DNA of 23,852 nucleotides from Candidatus Hermodarchaeota archaeon (GCA_016840065.1 JAEOTB010000003.1:1-23852), one strand, 5' to 3'; counted from the first letter of the stretch, positions 1 through 8,594 are shown. A program made the numbers and translations. The notes: a model not told the origin generated them from the letters alone.

Positions 1-296
1 GCAGCAGCTGCTGAAGGAACATCGATTCCTAGAGCGCCACCCAGCTTTTCTTTACTTTCTACAAAAAGATAAGGAACATTCTTCTCTCCGCACAGAGGTG
101 GAAGATGAAAGACAATTTCAGGAGGATCACAATCCTCTGCAATCACAACTAGTTTTGCTATACCTCGCTCGATAGCTTTTGTAGTTTCGTTTGTGCCTTT
201 CCGAACCTTACCAGTATCTCGGGCAACTTCAATTATTTCCAGAGCTTTATCCTGAAGCTCTTTCGGGGCAGTGAATTTAACATGGGGTTTTGACAA
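1..296 (-). CDS. rpl7ae: 50S ribosomal protein L7Ae (eL8), kink-turn binding protein; 3' end runs off the window
   Basis: Not in the ORF track. Manual translation from TTG at 296 gives [69 protein letters not shown]..., with the typical [13 protein letters not shown] motif. SD GAGGTG lies 6 nt upstream. Confidence 0.97.
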   Translation of the reverse strand, partial: MSKPHVKFTAPKELQDKALEIIEVARDTGKVRKGTNETTKAIERGIAKLVVIAEDCDPPEIVFHLPPLCGEKNVPYLFVESKEKLGGALGIDVPSAAA

Positions 297-338
297 CAAG
301 AACACCTCATTAAGGGGGTTCATCGGGTCTTGTCGATG
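294..338 (-). promoter_or_regulatory. Kink-turn/k-loop hairpin in the rpl7ae 5' UTR covering the SD and start codon
   Basis: RNA CGACAAGA-CCC-GAU-GA-A...U-GA-GG-UGU-UCUUGUUG: a 3-nt bulge plus tandem G.A pairs, with the outer stem pairing over the UUG start. This matches the known L7Ae autoregulatory leader. Confidence 0.75.
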
Positions 339-390
339 TCAGCCAGCTACTAAGTGGTCTGGCTGGAGAAGAGAGTAGCCCGTAAGATTC

Positions 391-406
391 CTTTTAACCT
401 TTTTCC
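391..406 (-). promoter_or_regulatory. Putative BRE-TATA promoter of rpl7ae
   Basis: GGAAAAAGG-TTAAAAG about 25-30 nt upstream of the structured leader. Confidence 0.6.
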
Positions 407-417
407 TCAACCGTCAA

Positions 418-1557
418 TCAGGGCGCCGTCCGTTTTGCTAAGTAGCGAAGGTCTTCACCCCAACCTCGGAGTTCAAGCCAGTTCCGCGTATTCCCACCTA
501 TCAATACAGGTACTTGATTAAGTTCTCTGAGATTGGATGCCCCAACAAGAAACATTGCGGCTTTCAGTCCCAAAATAAGAGTATCGAGATGTTCACTTAC
601 ATCCTTCGAACTCGTAGCAGCAGGTCCTAGTACTGGTAAGGCTACGCCTACTAGAGTGGCACCTAGCGCAATGGCCTTGGCACACTCAATCCCAGTTCGG
701 ATACCACCAGAAGATATTATAGGAATCTTCACTGTGCGCGACGCTTCAAATGTGCTAACTGCAGTTGGTATGCCCCAGTTCGTAAACCAGCGCCCTAAGA
801 TGGCTTTCTGGGTGTCCTCACCTTTTGCGCGCTCCACTTCAACGGCAGGCCAGCTGGTGCCGCCTAATCCCGCTACATCGATTGCTTTTACTCCTACCTC
901 AACTAGACTCTTTGCGACCTCGCTGGAGATGCCTGCACCAGTCTCTTTTGCGATTATAGGAATGGATAGCTCGTGGGAAAGGGTAAGAATTGCTTTGAGT
1001 ACACCAGTAAAAGTGGCTTCACCTTCTGGTTGAACTGCTTCCTGAGCTGCATTGAAGTGGATAGCTAAAGCGTCAGCATCAATCATGTCAATAGCCGTTT
1101 GCGCTTCCTTGGCCCCATAACCGAGTGAGAGCTGAGGAGCACCAATGTTTCCGACAAGAAATGCTTTAGGAGCACTTTCCCGCGCAATTGCAAAAGATTC
1201 GGCGAGAAGGGGATCTTCAATCGCGGCGCGTTGACTGCCTACACCCATTGCCAACCCTAATTCCTCAACTGATTGAGCAATATTCTGGTTGATTGAAGTC
1301 GCTTCACTATGTCCTCCAGTCATTGCTGTTACTATTATTGGCGCATCTAGTTTGTGTCCGAGGAAACTACAGCTCAAATCCACATTGCTAAGATTTATTT
1401 CTGGTGCCGCGTTGTGCACTAGTTGGATATCATCAAATCCCGTAGGACACGCTGATTGGACTTCGCGCTCAAGACATATTCTAATATGATCTAATTTGCG
1501 TTCCTCTGTCAAGGACTGTTTCCTTGTTCTACTTGTTTTTCCAGAGGAAGTAACCAC
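418..1557 (-). CDS. fni: Type 2 isopentenyl-diphosphate delta-isomerase (FMN dependent)
   Basis: Motifs RKLDHI, AMTGG, GVGSQR, KETGAG, GGTSW, SGGIR. SD GGAGG before the GTG start. Confidence 0.97.
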   Translation of the reverse strand: MVTSSGKTSRTRKQSLTEERKLDHIRICLEREVQSACPTGFDDIQLVHNAAPEINLSNVDLSCSFLGHKLDAPIIVTAMTGGHSEATSINQNIAQSVEELGLAMGVGSQRAAIEDPLLAESFAIARESAPKAFLVGNIGAPQLSLGYGAKEAQTAIDMIDADALAIHFNAAQEAVQPEGEATFTGVLKAILTLSHELSIPIIAKETGAGISSEVAKSLVEVGVKAIDVAGLGGTSWPAVEVERAKGEDTQKAILGRWFTNWGIPTAVSTFEASRTVKIPIISSGGIRTGIECAKAIALGATLVGVALPVLGPAATSSKDVSEHLDTLILGLKAAMFLVGASNLRELNQVPVLIGGNTRNWLELRGWGEDLRYLAKRTAP

Positions 1558-1630
1558 TCAGGCAGCCTCCATTAAATCCAAGAAGCGATGTTTCAATCGA
1601 ATGATGTTCATAGTTCCGCTTTCCAATATT

Positions 1631-2023
1631 TTATCTGATTTCAACAAGCCCCTTTGTAGCATCAACATACAGTTTATCGCCTGTTGAAATCTTTTCGATG
1701 GGTATCTTATCAACTGCAGGAATGTCGCTAATGATACAACCGACTGCAGTAATAGTTTCGCACTCCTTATTGATGATGGCGACAGGAGCTTTACCTGTTT
1801 TCGCCAATTGGTATATCACATAAGAGCCTACAGTTGAACCCTTTCCTCTTGGAAAAACAAGAACCTTCCCTGTAATTGATTTCCCTTCTAGTTCGTGCCC
1901 TTTTTCAACTACAACAGCTGAATCTGGATCTACACCACCATAAAACGAAATGCCCTGGCTAGTTACCAATGCTTCCCCAGTAGCTGTTCCTTTGGCAATC
2001 TTACGACCTTGAAACTTTGTCAT
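1631..2023 (-). CDS. Aconitase X swivel-domain protein (DUF126); probable phosphomevalonate dehydratase small subunit
   Basis: ISFYGGVDP and VFPRGKGSTVGSY motifs. The real start is ATG 2023 (ATGA overlap with the upstream stop), not 2167. Confidence 0.9.
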   Translation of the reverse strand: MTKFQGRKIAKGTATGEALVTSQGISFYGGVDPDSAVVVEKGHELEGKSITGKVLVFPRGKGSTVGSYVIYQLAKTGKAPVAIINKECETITAVGCIISDIPAVDKIPIEKISTGDKLYVDATKGLVEIR

Positions 2024-3210
2024 CCCGATAGGGCCTCCTGAATACACTCTTCTAGTGACAGATGCTTTGTTTTGAATTTGTGGCGCCCCTGTGCGTAATA
2101 GCAGCCTTTCGCAGAGTCTGTAGCTAATCCTTGGAAGCGGCCCTTGATAGGGGCGACGACACAGCATGTGTCACAAGCGAATTTTATTCCTGATGCTTCG
2201 ATTATGGCAGTATAACCTACTCGGTCAGCAATACTCTTCGTTGGGCGCGCGGTGGTTACCCACGTTTCTTTCCGAACTTGTTTCCCTTCTACAAGCTCTG
2301 CAATACGTCTAATTTCCCGGATGGATGCGTGTGGACAGCCAATGCTAACAAAATCGATGACAGCTTCTTCGTCGTTCAGCTCCTTCTCTGCTTTTACAAA
2401 ATCTTTCTCAGTTATTAGAAGGAGGCCCTGGGGGATTTCTGTCTTGTTTGGTGTGATGCCCTCCATATGAAATAGGGCAGTTCCTCCGTAGGTTGCGACA
2501 GAAGCGCAAAAGGCTTTCAATTCATCTGTAGTGGCTCGAGGAATTCCCCGGATATACGGAATTGTCCAATCGGTGTTGCCATCGAGGATATCGCCAATCA
2601 CTTTACCCAAGGTTCCAAATCGGGCTGTACCTTCAACTTTTGCCTTCACTTTGATGGTTATGTGAGCTTGGCGGTTCTTTTCAAGGTGGTAGCCGTATTC
2701 GGGTGTTACACCTGTTATGGCAGCAGCTAAAGCGCTTGGACCACCTTCTCGGTTGGTTCGAGCTCCAATAACCGAGTTTGCGAAACACACTGCACTACTT
2801 TCCGCCCACGCTATGTGTTCGCCATAATGAGGCAAATTACCTACTAAATAGGGGGTACAAGTACAAGTCGTTATTATTCCCATCTTGGCAAACGCTTCAA
2901 CTACTCGTCCCTGATTTTTAGCGAATTCTGAATCGATACCGAGTGCTCTCCAGTTATCTAAATCCATTCCTGCAGGATTTAATGTCGTTAGAACTCGGAC
3001 CCTACCATCCTTTGCCATTTCTGCTAGCCATTCTAAACCGGGTTCACGGAGATTTGCGTAGCTGACTCCTGCGATTTGAACTGAGGTAACGGGGAGCATT
3101 CGTTTGGCATCGTAGATTTCGCCTAGGGCTACCAGAATCTCCATGCTTTTTTGGGCTGTTTTTGCATGTTTTCCTGCTAGCATTTCTTGCTCAATAGCCG
3201 CCAGCTTCAT
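2020..3210 (-). CDS. Aconitase X catalytic-domain protein (DUF521); probable phosphomevalonate dehydratase large subunit
   Basis: TTLNP, TCTCTPY, WAESSA, GARTNREGG, GCPH and DTC (Fe-S cysteines). Flanked by mvk and fni. Confidence 0.9.
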   Translation of the reverse strand: MKLAAIEQEMLAGKHAKTAQKSMEILVALGEIYDAKRMLPVTSVQIAGVSYANLREPGLEWLAEMAKDGRVRVLTTLNPAGMDLDNWRALGIDSEFAKNQGRVVEAFAKMGIITTCTCTPYLVGNLPHYGEHIAWAESSAVCFANSVIGARTNREGGPSALAAAITGVTPEYGYHLEKNRQAHITIKVKAKVEGTARFGTLGKVIGDILDGNTDWTIPYIRGIPRATTDELKAFCASVATYGGTALFHMEGITPNKTEIPQGLLLITEKDFVKAEKELNDEEAVIDFVSIGCPHASIREIRRIAELVEGKQVRKETWVTTARPTKSIADRVGYTAIIEASGIKFACDTCCVVAPIKGRFQGLATDSAKGCYYAQGRHKFKTKHLSLEECIQEALSG

Positions 3211-3217
3211 TTACAGT

Positions 3218-4519
3218 TCACTCCAAATAATCTTTCAAATCCACTTCAGGAAAGGGTGCAAGGTCGTAACCAGTTCCTTTCAGTGGCTTGGTAAGGTCAA
3301 AACCCATCTTTGTGGTTAGATGTGTTCCGTGTTCTCCGCTTGGGTCTAGGCTACTGCCTCTTTCCTTCGGCTTCACGACTAGGTCTCGATCACCTTGGAA
3401 GCGCGTGGCCATCGCCCATTCCACTTGGAGGGGGTCATAAATATCGATGTCACTGTCCACCACAAAGACGTGTTTACAGCTGCGGTGCCCTGCAAAGGCA
3501 GCATCAATGGCGCGTTTGCCATCGTCTTCCTTTTGCTTTTCGATTTGAACGATTGCATGAAGCCAGCTACATCCACCAGGATTAATGTTAACATCTAGAC
3601 ATTTCACCCCTGCCTCAACAACTTTCCTAAAAATTGTAGGTTCACGAGGCATACCCATTAACACTTTATGCTCAAATGCCCCTGGGAGTAATGCCTGCCA
3701 AATCGCATCTTTTCGGTGAGTAATGCATGTAACCTCGAAGATAGGTTCTTGACGAATAACATCATAGGTTCCAGTAAGATCCACAAAAGGACCTTCATCG
3801 TGACGTTCGTTTAAGTAGACTCGACCTTCGAGAACCCACTCACAATCTGCTGGGATTAGCAACTCTGATGTCTTTGCTTTCACAACACGGATAGGTTCAA
3901 GGGCATTCGCGATTTCAAGCTCGTTGATACCGATTTCGACCGAGGTTGCAGCTGCTACTAGAATGTTAGGTGAGTTACCAATGCAGAAGGCTACAGGCAG
4001 TTCACCTTTCTTTTCCAGAAACGTGTGAAAGTCCCGACGTGCTACTATTCGTGTACTCATCTTGGCCTTCGAAATCTGCATAGCCCTGTGAAAATCTAGA
4101 TTCTGTCCATAATCCTCATGGGCTGTAACGACAACCGCTGATGAGATATAGGGACCGCCATCACGTTTGTTATGAAGAAGAATAGGAACCTTATCCAAGT
4201 CAACCTTAAGCTCCACTACCTCCTGACATGGAGCTTTCTCAACAACCGTAGGCAGCGACCGTTGTTTGATTGCACGTGTTAAAGTGGGGATAAGGTCACT
4301 AGTGGATATACCTAGATAGGTAGCAATGCTGTCTTTTGTACAAAAGATGTTGCCCATTATCCGATAATCAGGGGTTTCTTTGACATTTTCTAGGAGGATA
4401 GGTCGCGGTTCCACTGCCTTGAGGAGTCCCGCCGCCTCTAATTTCTTTGATACAATATTGCTGACTTTGAGAAGCTGCCCTTCTTTATCCAGCCTTTCAA
4501 TATATCTTCGCAATCCCAT
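3218..4519 (-). CDS. UbiD-family prFMN decarboxylase; probable trans-anhydromevalonate 5-phosphate decarboxylase
   Basis: DGGPYI, FHR, EGPFVDLTGTY, VDSDIDI, WAMATRFQ and GSSLDPS motifs. Substrate is inferred from the position between mvk and AcnX. Confidence 0.85.
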   Translation of the reverse strand: MGLRRYIERLDKEGQLLKVSNIVSKKLEAAGLLKAVEPRPILLENVKETPDYRIMGNIFCTKDSIATYLGISTSDLIPTLTRAIKQRSLPTVVEKAPCQEVVELKVDLDKVPILLHNKRDGGPYISSAVVVTAHEDYGQNLDFHRAMQISKAKMSTRIVARRDFHTFLEKKGELPVAFCIGNSPNILVAAATSVEIGINELEIANALEPIRVVKAKTSELLIPADCEWVLEGRVYLNERHDEGPFVDLTGTYDVIRQEPIFEVTCITHRKDAIWQALLPGAFEHKVLMGMPREPTIFRKVVEAGVKCLDVNINPGGCSWLHAIVQIEKQKEDDGKRAIDAAFAGHRSCKHVFVVDSDIDIYDPLQVEWAMATRFQGDRDLVVKPKERGSSLDPSGEHGTHLTTKMGFDLTKPLKGTGYDLAPFPEVDLKDYLE

Positions 4520-4537
4520 GAACTACACCTCTAGAAA

Positions 4538-5491
4538 TTATACACCAATTCGGGTAGTCCAAACGCTGTACCCGCGCTGTTCGATGGTACCCGCAACATC
4601 ACGCTGTAATGCCCGTCCTGGTGTAAGAGCAATTACGTTTCCCCCACGACCAGTTCCCGTCACTTTCGCGCCCCATGCACCCGCCTTTCGTGCAACACCA
4701 ACAATCTCCTCGATTTCATCGCAGGTGACGCCAATTTCGATAAGGAGGTTGTGGTTTTGGTTCATTAACAAACCAATCAATCTCAGATCCATTTCTTCCA
4801 AACCTTGACGGCCAGCTTCCACGATATTCTTGTAGTCCTCAAGAATTTGCTCAAACCAGTTCGTTTTTTCCTCCTTCATACGCCGGACATCGCCTACTAC
4901 CTCTTTTGTGCTTGCAGTAATCCCTGAGCTGGCTATGACCAGTTCGGTGGGTTCTTTCAGTTTGATTGTTTCAACTGTAGGAGGTCCACCAGAGGTACCT
5001 CTTTGAAACCATACGATGCCTCCAAAGGTGGCAACAGTGTTATCAATACCACTTGGTGTGCCGTGATAGCCTTTTTCACCTTCAAAGGATGCAGCATTAA
5101 CTTGATGGTCATCCCATCCCAGTTTGAACTCATCGTTCAACGCGCGAGCTAGTGCTGTGCAACTGGCTGCACTAGCGCCAACTCCACTAGCACAAACTAA
5201 TCTTCCACCCAAGGCTATGTGAATTCCCTGTTCGCTCAAATCTATGCCCGCAAAACGTACAACGTTATCGATTGAAACCCGCTGTTCCTCCATCTTCTTA
5301 CTCTTATATCCAGGTACAGCCGGTCTACTATCAGTTAATTTCCAACCGGGTGATGAAATTCGCCGTACATAGCATTCAGTGCTTGAGCCGATTGCTGCAG
5401 CAATAGCAGGTAACGCTTCACCCTTATACTCATACAGCACGAAATGCTCTCCAAAAAGAATGGATTTTCCATATCCGCTTCCTTTGCCCAT
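4538..5491 (-). CDS. mvk: Mevalonate kinase (GHMP family)
   Basis: GKSILFGEHFV, ASGVGASAA, HGTPSGIDN and GAKVTGTGRGG motifs. Confidence 0.95.
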   Translation of the reverse strand: MGKGSGYGKSILFGEHFVLYEYKGEALPAIAAAIGSSTECYVRRISSPGWKLTDSRPAVPGYKSKKMEEQRVSIDNVVRFAGIDLSEQGIHIALGGRLVCASGVGASAASCTALARALNDEFKLGWDDHQVNAASFEGEKGYHGTPSGIDNTVATFGGIVWFQRGTSGGPPTVETIKLKEPTELVIASSGITASTKEVVGDVRRMKEEKTNWFEQILEDYKNIVEAGRQGLEEMDLRLIGLLMNQNHNLLIEIGVTCDEIEEIVGVARKAGAWGAKVTGTGRGGNVIALTPGRALQRDVAGTIEQRGYSVWTTRIGV

Positions 5492-5523
5492 ATTTCGACA
5501 CCGAAACGAGCTAGTTAGAGGAA

Positions 5524-5540
5524 CTTAATAGCCTTTTCTC
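5524..5540 (-). promoter_or_regulatory. Putative BRE-TATA promoter of the mevalonate cassette
   Basis: GAGAAAAGG-CTATTAAG about 33 nt before the mvk ATG, nearly identical to the motif before adk. Confidence 0.6.
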
Positions 5541-5639
5541 TATTTGTATACTTTTTCTTTCCTCAAGTCCCTTTGGAGTTAGATTTGACAGTTAAAGCAC
5601 GCGTGTTGTTTGGTGCTATACATTCCCTTTAGCAACGGT

Positions 5640-6254
5640 CTACTCTGTACGACGAAGTGTGGCGACATAGTCTTCTGGTCGCAGATTGAACTCTGCATCA
5701 GGAGTCAGTTCACCCCTTTCTTTGAGCACTTCTCGCGTTAATAACCAAAACACAAGCGCAAGCGATTGCCGACCCTTATTATTCGCAGGAATTGCAAGAT
5801 CAATATAGGATAGGGAGTTATCCGTATCTACTAGAGCAATGGTAGGAATCCGGATTTTCGCTGTCTCTTTCACGGCCTGATAATCCGCTCTGGGATCAGT
5901 AATTAAAACCAACTCAGGCTCAGTATATTGAGGAAGTCTAGGATTAGTGAATGTACCAGGAATGAATCGCCCAGCCAGCGCGGTGGCTCCTATCGCACTA
6001 CTAAATGTGCGGATGGGTTTCTGTGCATATTGACGAGCCCCGACAACAACGATTTTTGAGGGATTCTCTTGACGTGCAAGAGTTTTTGCGGCAATACGTA
6101 GTCGCTCGTCAAATTTCCGGATATCTAGAACATAAAGTCCATCTTGTCTGATACGATAGATGTAAGGCTCCATTGAAACAGTTTTGACTTGAGTGCCAAT
6201 ATGGATACCAGCGGCAAGGTATTGGTCTAGAGGTATGAGAAGGTCTTCAGTCAT
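5640..6254 (-). CDS. rps2: 30S ribosomal protein uS2
   Basis: YLAAGIHIGTQ, GRFIPGTFTNP and IPANNKG motifs. Confidence 0.98.
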   Translation of the reverse strand: MTEDLLIPLDQYLAAGIHIGTQVKTVSMEPYIYRIRQDGLYVLDIRKFDERLRIAAKTLARQENPSKIVVVGARQYAQKPIRTFSSAIGATALAGRFIPGTFTNPRLPQYTEPELVLITDPRADYQAVKETAKIRIPTIALVDTDNSLSYIDLAIPANNKGRQSLALVFWLLTREVLKERGELTPDAEFNLRPEDYVATLRRTE

Positions 6255-6455
6255 TTAGGTTTTCTCCGCGAATTGTAGTATGTCATCAATTAAATCAACG
6301 TGGCTAATTAGCATCCGGCGGCAACAGTATCGTTTAAGCCCAAGAGAGTCAAGAACAGTTGCTGGATTTTCTCCTTGACGAATTCGTCGACTATATTCGG
6401 TCCACTTATCAGCGACTAGCCGACCACAGGTAAAACATCTAATTGGAATTATCAA
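6255..6455 (-). CDS. rpoN: RNA polymerase subunit Rpo10 (N)
   Basis: [11 protein letters not shown]...RYCCRRM zinc motif. Confidence 0.98.
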   Translation of the reverse strand: MIIPIRCFTCGRLVADKWTEYSRRIRQGENPATVLDSLGLKRYCCRRMLISHVDLIDDILQFAEKT

Positions 6456-6468
6456 AGACTAATCTCCT

Positions 6469-6870
6469 TTAACGGTAACTCTTTTGTTTCCGAGCACGTG
6501 CACCAGGACCTCCAAATTTCTTGGGTTCCCTGCGCCGCGAGTCTCCTGCAATCATACTTCGATCATAATCGATGAACATTGTTCGGAGGTCGATGCTCTT
6601 GGTGAAATCAACAAGCCCCTTTGCGATAGCCATCCGAGATGCTTGCGCTTGACCCATTACACCGCCTCCACGAACATTTATACTAATATCTACTTTTTCA
6701 GTTACCTCTTTTGGTGCTAGAAGGAGAGGCTCTTCGATGATCTGTCTAGCAATTTGAGGCTTTACGTGGGCCAGCAATATCTTGTTAATGCGAACCTGTC
6801 CCGTTCCTTCACGGACCGTTGCGCGAGCGATTGAGGTTTTTCGTTTTCCTGAACTCACTACAATTTTCAT
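6469..6870 (-). CDS. rps9: 30S ribosomal protein uS9
   Basis: GKRKTSIARA, GGGVMGQA and C-terminal QKSYR. Confidence 0.98.
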   Translation of the reverse strand: MKIVVSSGKRKTSIARATVREGTGQVRINKILLAHVKPQIARQIIEEPLLLAPKEVTEKVDISINVRGGGVMGQAQASRMAIAKGLVDFTKSIDLRTMFIDYDRSMIAGDSRRREPKKFGGPGARARKQKSYR

Positions 6871-6873
6871 GAT

Positions 6874-7347
6874 TTATCCCTTCCAGCCTATTTCACGGGC
6901 AATCTCACTAAGGTAGACAGTACGACGACCTGATCGTGTGAACTCGGGGAGATCAAGACGTCGCTTTATTGTAATTTCCTCGGGAGCCCATTGATAAACA
7001 CGAAGACGTTTCAAGGCTTGGCGACCACGAGCACTTTTCCAAGGCAGCATACCTCGTATCATTCGACGGAGCATATAGTGAGGCTCTCGCCAATGGAGAG
7101 GACCTTTCCAAGGCGCGCTTCGTGTGCGAATGTCAAGATGCTCTTTAAATTCTTGGATAATAGAAGCACGGTTACCAGAAAGAACCGCTTTGACAGCGTT
7201 GATAACAATAACGTGTTCTCCTTGGAGAAGTTGTTTGGCAACGATGCTGGCAATCCTTCCTGCTACTTTGTCAGTGGCATCAACAACTAAAGGCTCTATT
7301 ACAGTAGATTCCTCATCAGTTACAGATGCAGTCTTCCTTTTTGACAA
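6874..7347 (-). CDS. rpl13: 50S ribosomal protein uL13
   Basis: VDAT..GRIAS.VAK and IRGMLP motifs. Confidence 0.97.
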   Translation of the reverse strand: MSKRKTASVTDEESTVIEPLVVDATDKVAGRIASIVAKQLLQGEHVIVINAVKAVLSGNRASIIQEFKEHLDIRTRSAPWKGPLHWREPHYMLRRMIRGMLPWKSARGRQALKRLRVYQWAPEEITIKRRLDLPEFTRSGRRTVYLSEIAREIGWKG

Positions 7348-7360
7348 TGTTAATCTCTCC

Positions 7361-7720
7361 TCACATTATTAGTCTAAGATTCTTTCCTGAAGGATTTTTT
7401 TCCGCCAATTGTTCAAGTGAGAAGCATTTCCCACCTACAGCCTTAATTTTTGTGCGGGCTTTCGAGGAGAAGGAAACTGCTGCAACTTGTAGTTTATCAG
7501 TTACAATACCTTCTGAGAGTACTTTACCAGGAACCACCATGGTATGACCCTTCTCGAAATGTCGTTGGAGGTCGGCAACATTAACGACAACACGTGCTCG
7601 GCGAGGGCCTTGAAGTCGTTCATATAATGTACGCCAGATTCGCCCTCCTGGCGTTCTAGACTGTCGTTTTAATAGGATTAGAAGACGTTTCTGCTGTTCG
7701 TTAGTTGTCTTTGTTCGCAA
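7361..7720 (-). CDS. rpl18e: 50S ribosomal protein eL18
   Basis: VVPGKVLSEG and FSSKARTKI motifs; conserved position. Confidence 0.96.
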   Translation of the reverse strand: MRTKTTNEQQKRLLILLKRQSRTPGGRIWRTLYERLQGPRRARVVVNVADLQRHFEKGHTMVVPGKVLSEGIVTDKLQVAAVSFSSKARTKIKAVGGKCFSLEQLAEKNPSGKNLRLIM

Positions 7721-7726
7721 TGATTA

Positions 7727-8557
7727 TCACTTCCTGGATTTTCTCTTAGATCTGGTTCTTTGACCGGGAAACTGAGCGATGAGCTGTTCTAATCTTTCTT
7801 TGAAAACATCAAGACCCTTCTCAAATATTGTTACAGGAGGTAGAGCGCCTGTTGATTCAAGTACAAATATGAAACTTGTATTGTCATAATCTATCGAGAT
7901 TGCCTGCCCGACGCATTCCTTGGTGCAAAGATTGCATAGGGTGCAATCCATTTCCCTGGCGACAACAGCTTTTCCGCTCTCCATTTCGAAGACCTGTTTG
8001 AAGCAGACTTTTACACATTCTTCGCAGCCATCACACTTCGCAGGGTCTACTTTTACATGAGGTACCATCTTGTAAGCTACGGAGGAAACCGGTTGCCATT
8101 TTGCGTGCACTCTTCCTATGCCTAGCTTAGCAAATGCTTCAACTACTATCCGCTGACCCTTCGCAAGCTTTGCAATAGGAATGTCATCACTAACCGGAAC
8201 TATGTCAGGATCCTGAGGTTTTAGATCTCCTGTGGTTGCGACATAACCGTTCTCAGGCGCTTCAACCTCTAGAGTAAACCCGACTTGACATAGATTGCAG
8301 CCAACACCTTCACATTCACATTTTTCAGGCATTGTATAGCGATCAAGATTAGTGCGTAGAGGAACTAAACTAAGACGATGAGCAATAGTTTCATCAAACA
8401 ATGGTGACTGGTTCTCGAGTATTACAACTTCGTGGATTGCCATTACTGGTGTTTCAGAAAGGATGATGCGGCGTAGGGAGTTCATGAAGCCAGGGTTTAC
8501 ATCTTGAATGAGTAGAGTAATCATATCCTCAGTTTTTTCTAGCAGTGATACCTTCAA
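7727..8557 (-). CDS. rpoD: RNA polymerase subunit Rpo3 (D) with a Zn-type motif and a ferredoxin-like 2x[4Fe-4S] domain
   Basis: NSLRRIILSE, DETIAHRLSLVPL, HAKWQP, CECEGVGCNLC, and two CxxCxxCxxxC motifs. The likely start is TTG 8557, since 8641 overlaps rps11. Confidence 0.95.
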   Translation of the reverse strand: MKVSLLEKTEDMITLLIQDVNPGFMNSLRRIILSETPVMAIHEVVILENQSPLFDETIAHRLSLVPLRTNLDRYTMPEKCECEGVGCNLCQVGFTLEVEAPENGYVATTGDLKPQDPDIVPVSDDIPIAKLAKGQRIVVEAFAKLGIGRVHAKWQPVSSVAYKMVPHVKVDPAKCDGCEECVKVCFKQVFEMESGKAVVAREMDCTLCNLCTKECVGQAISIDYDNTSFIFVLESTGALPPVTIFEKGLDVFKERLEQLIAQFPGQRTRSKRKSRK

Positions 8558-8594
8558 GTTTATACAACCCCGCAGCTTACACCACATTGACTCC

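Noticed and set aside
1558-1560. In-frame TGA before fni as a selenocysteine or read-through codon
   Set aside because: It lies outside the conserved Fni domain, and a good SD serves the GTG just after it.
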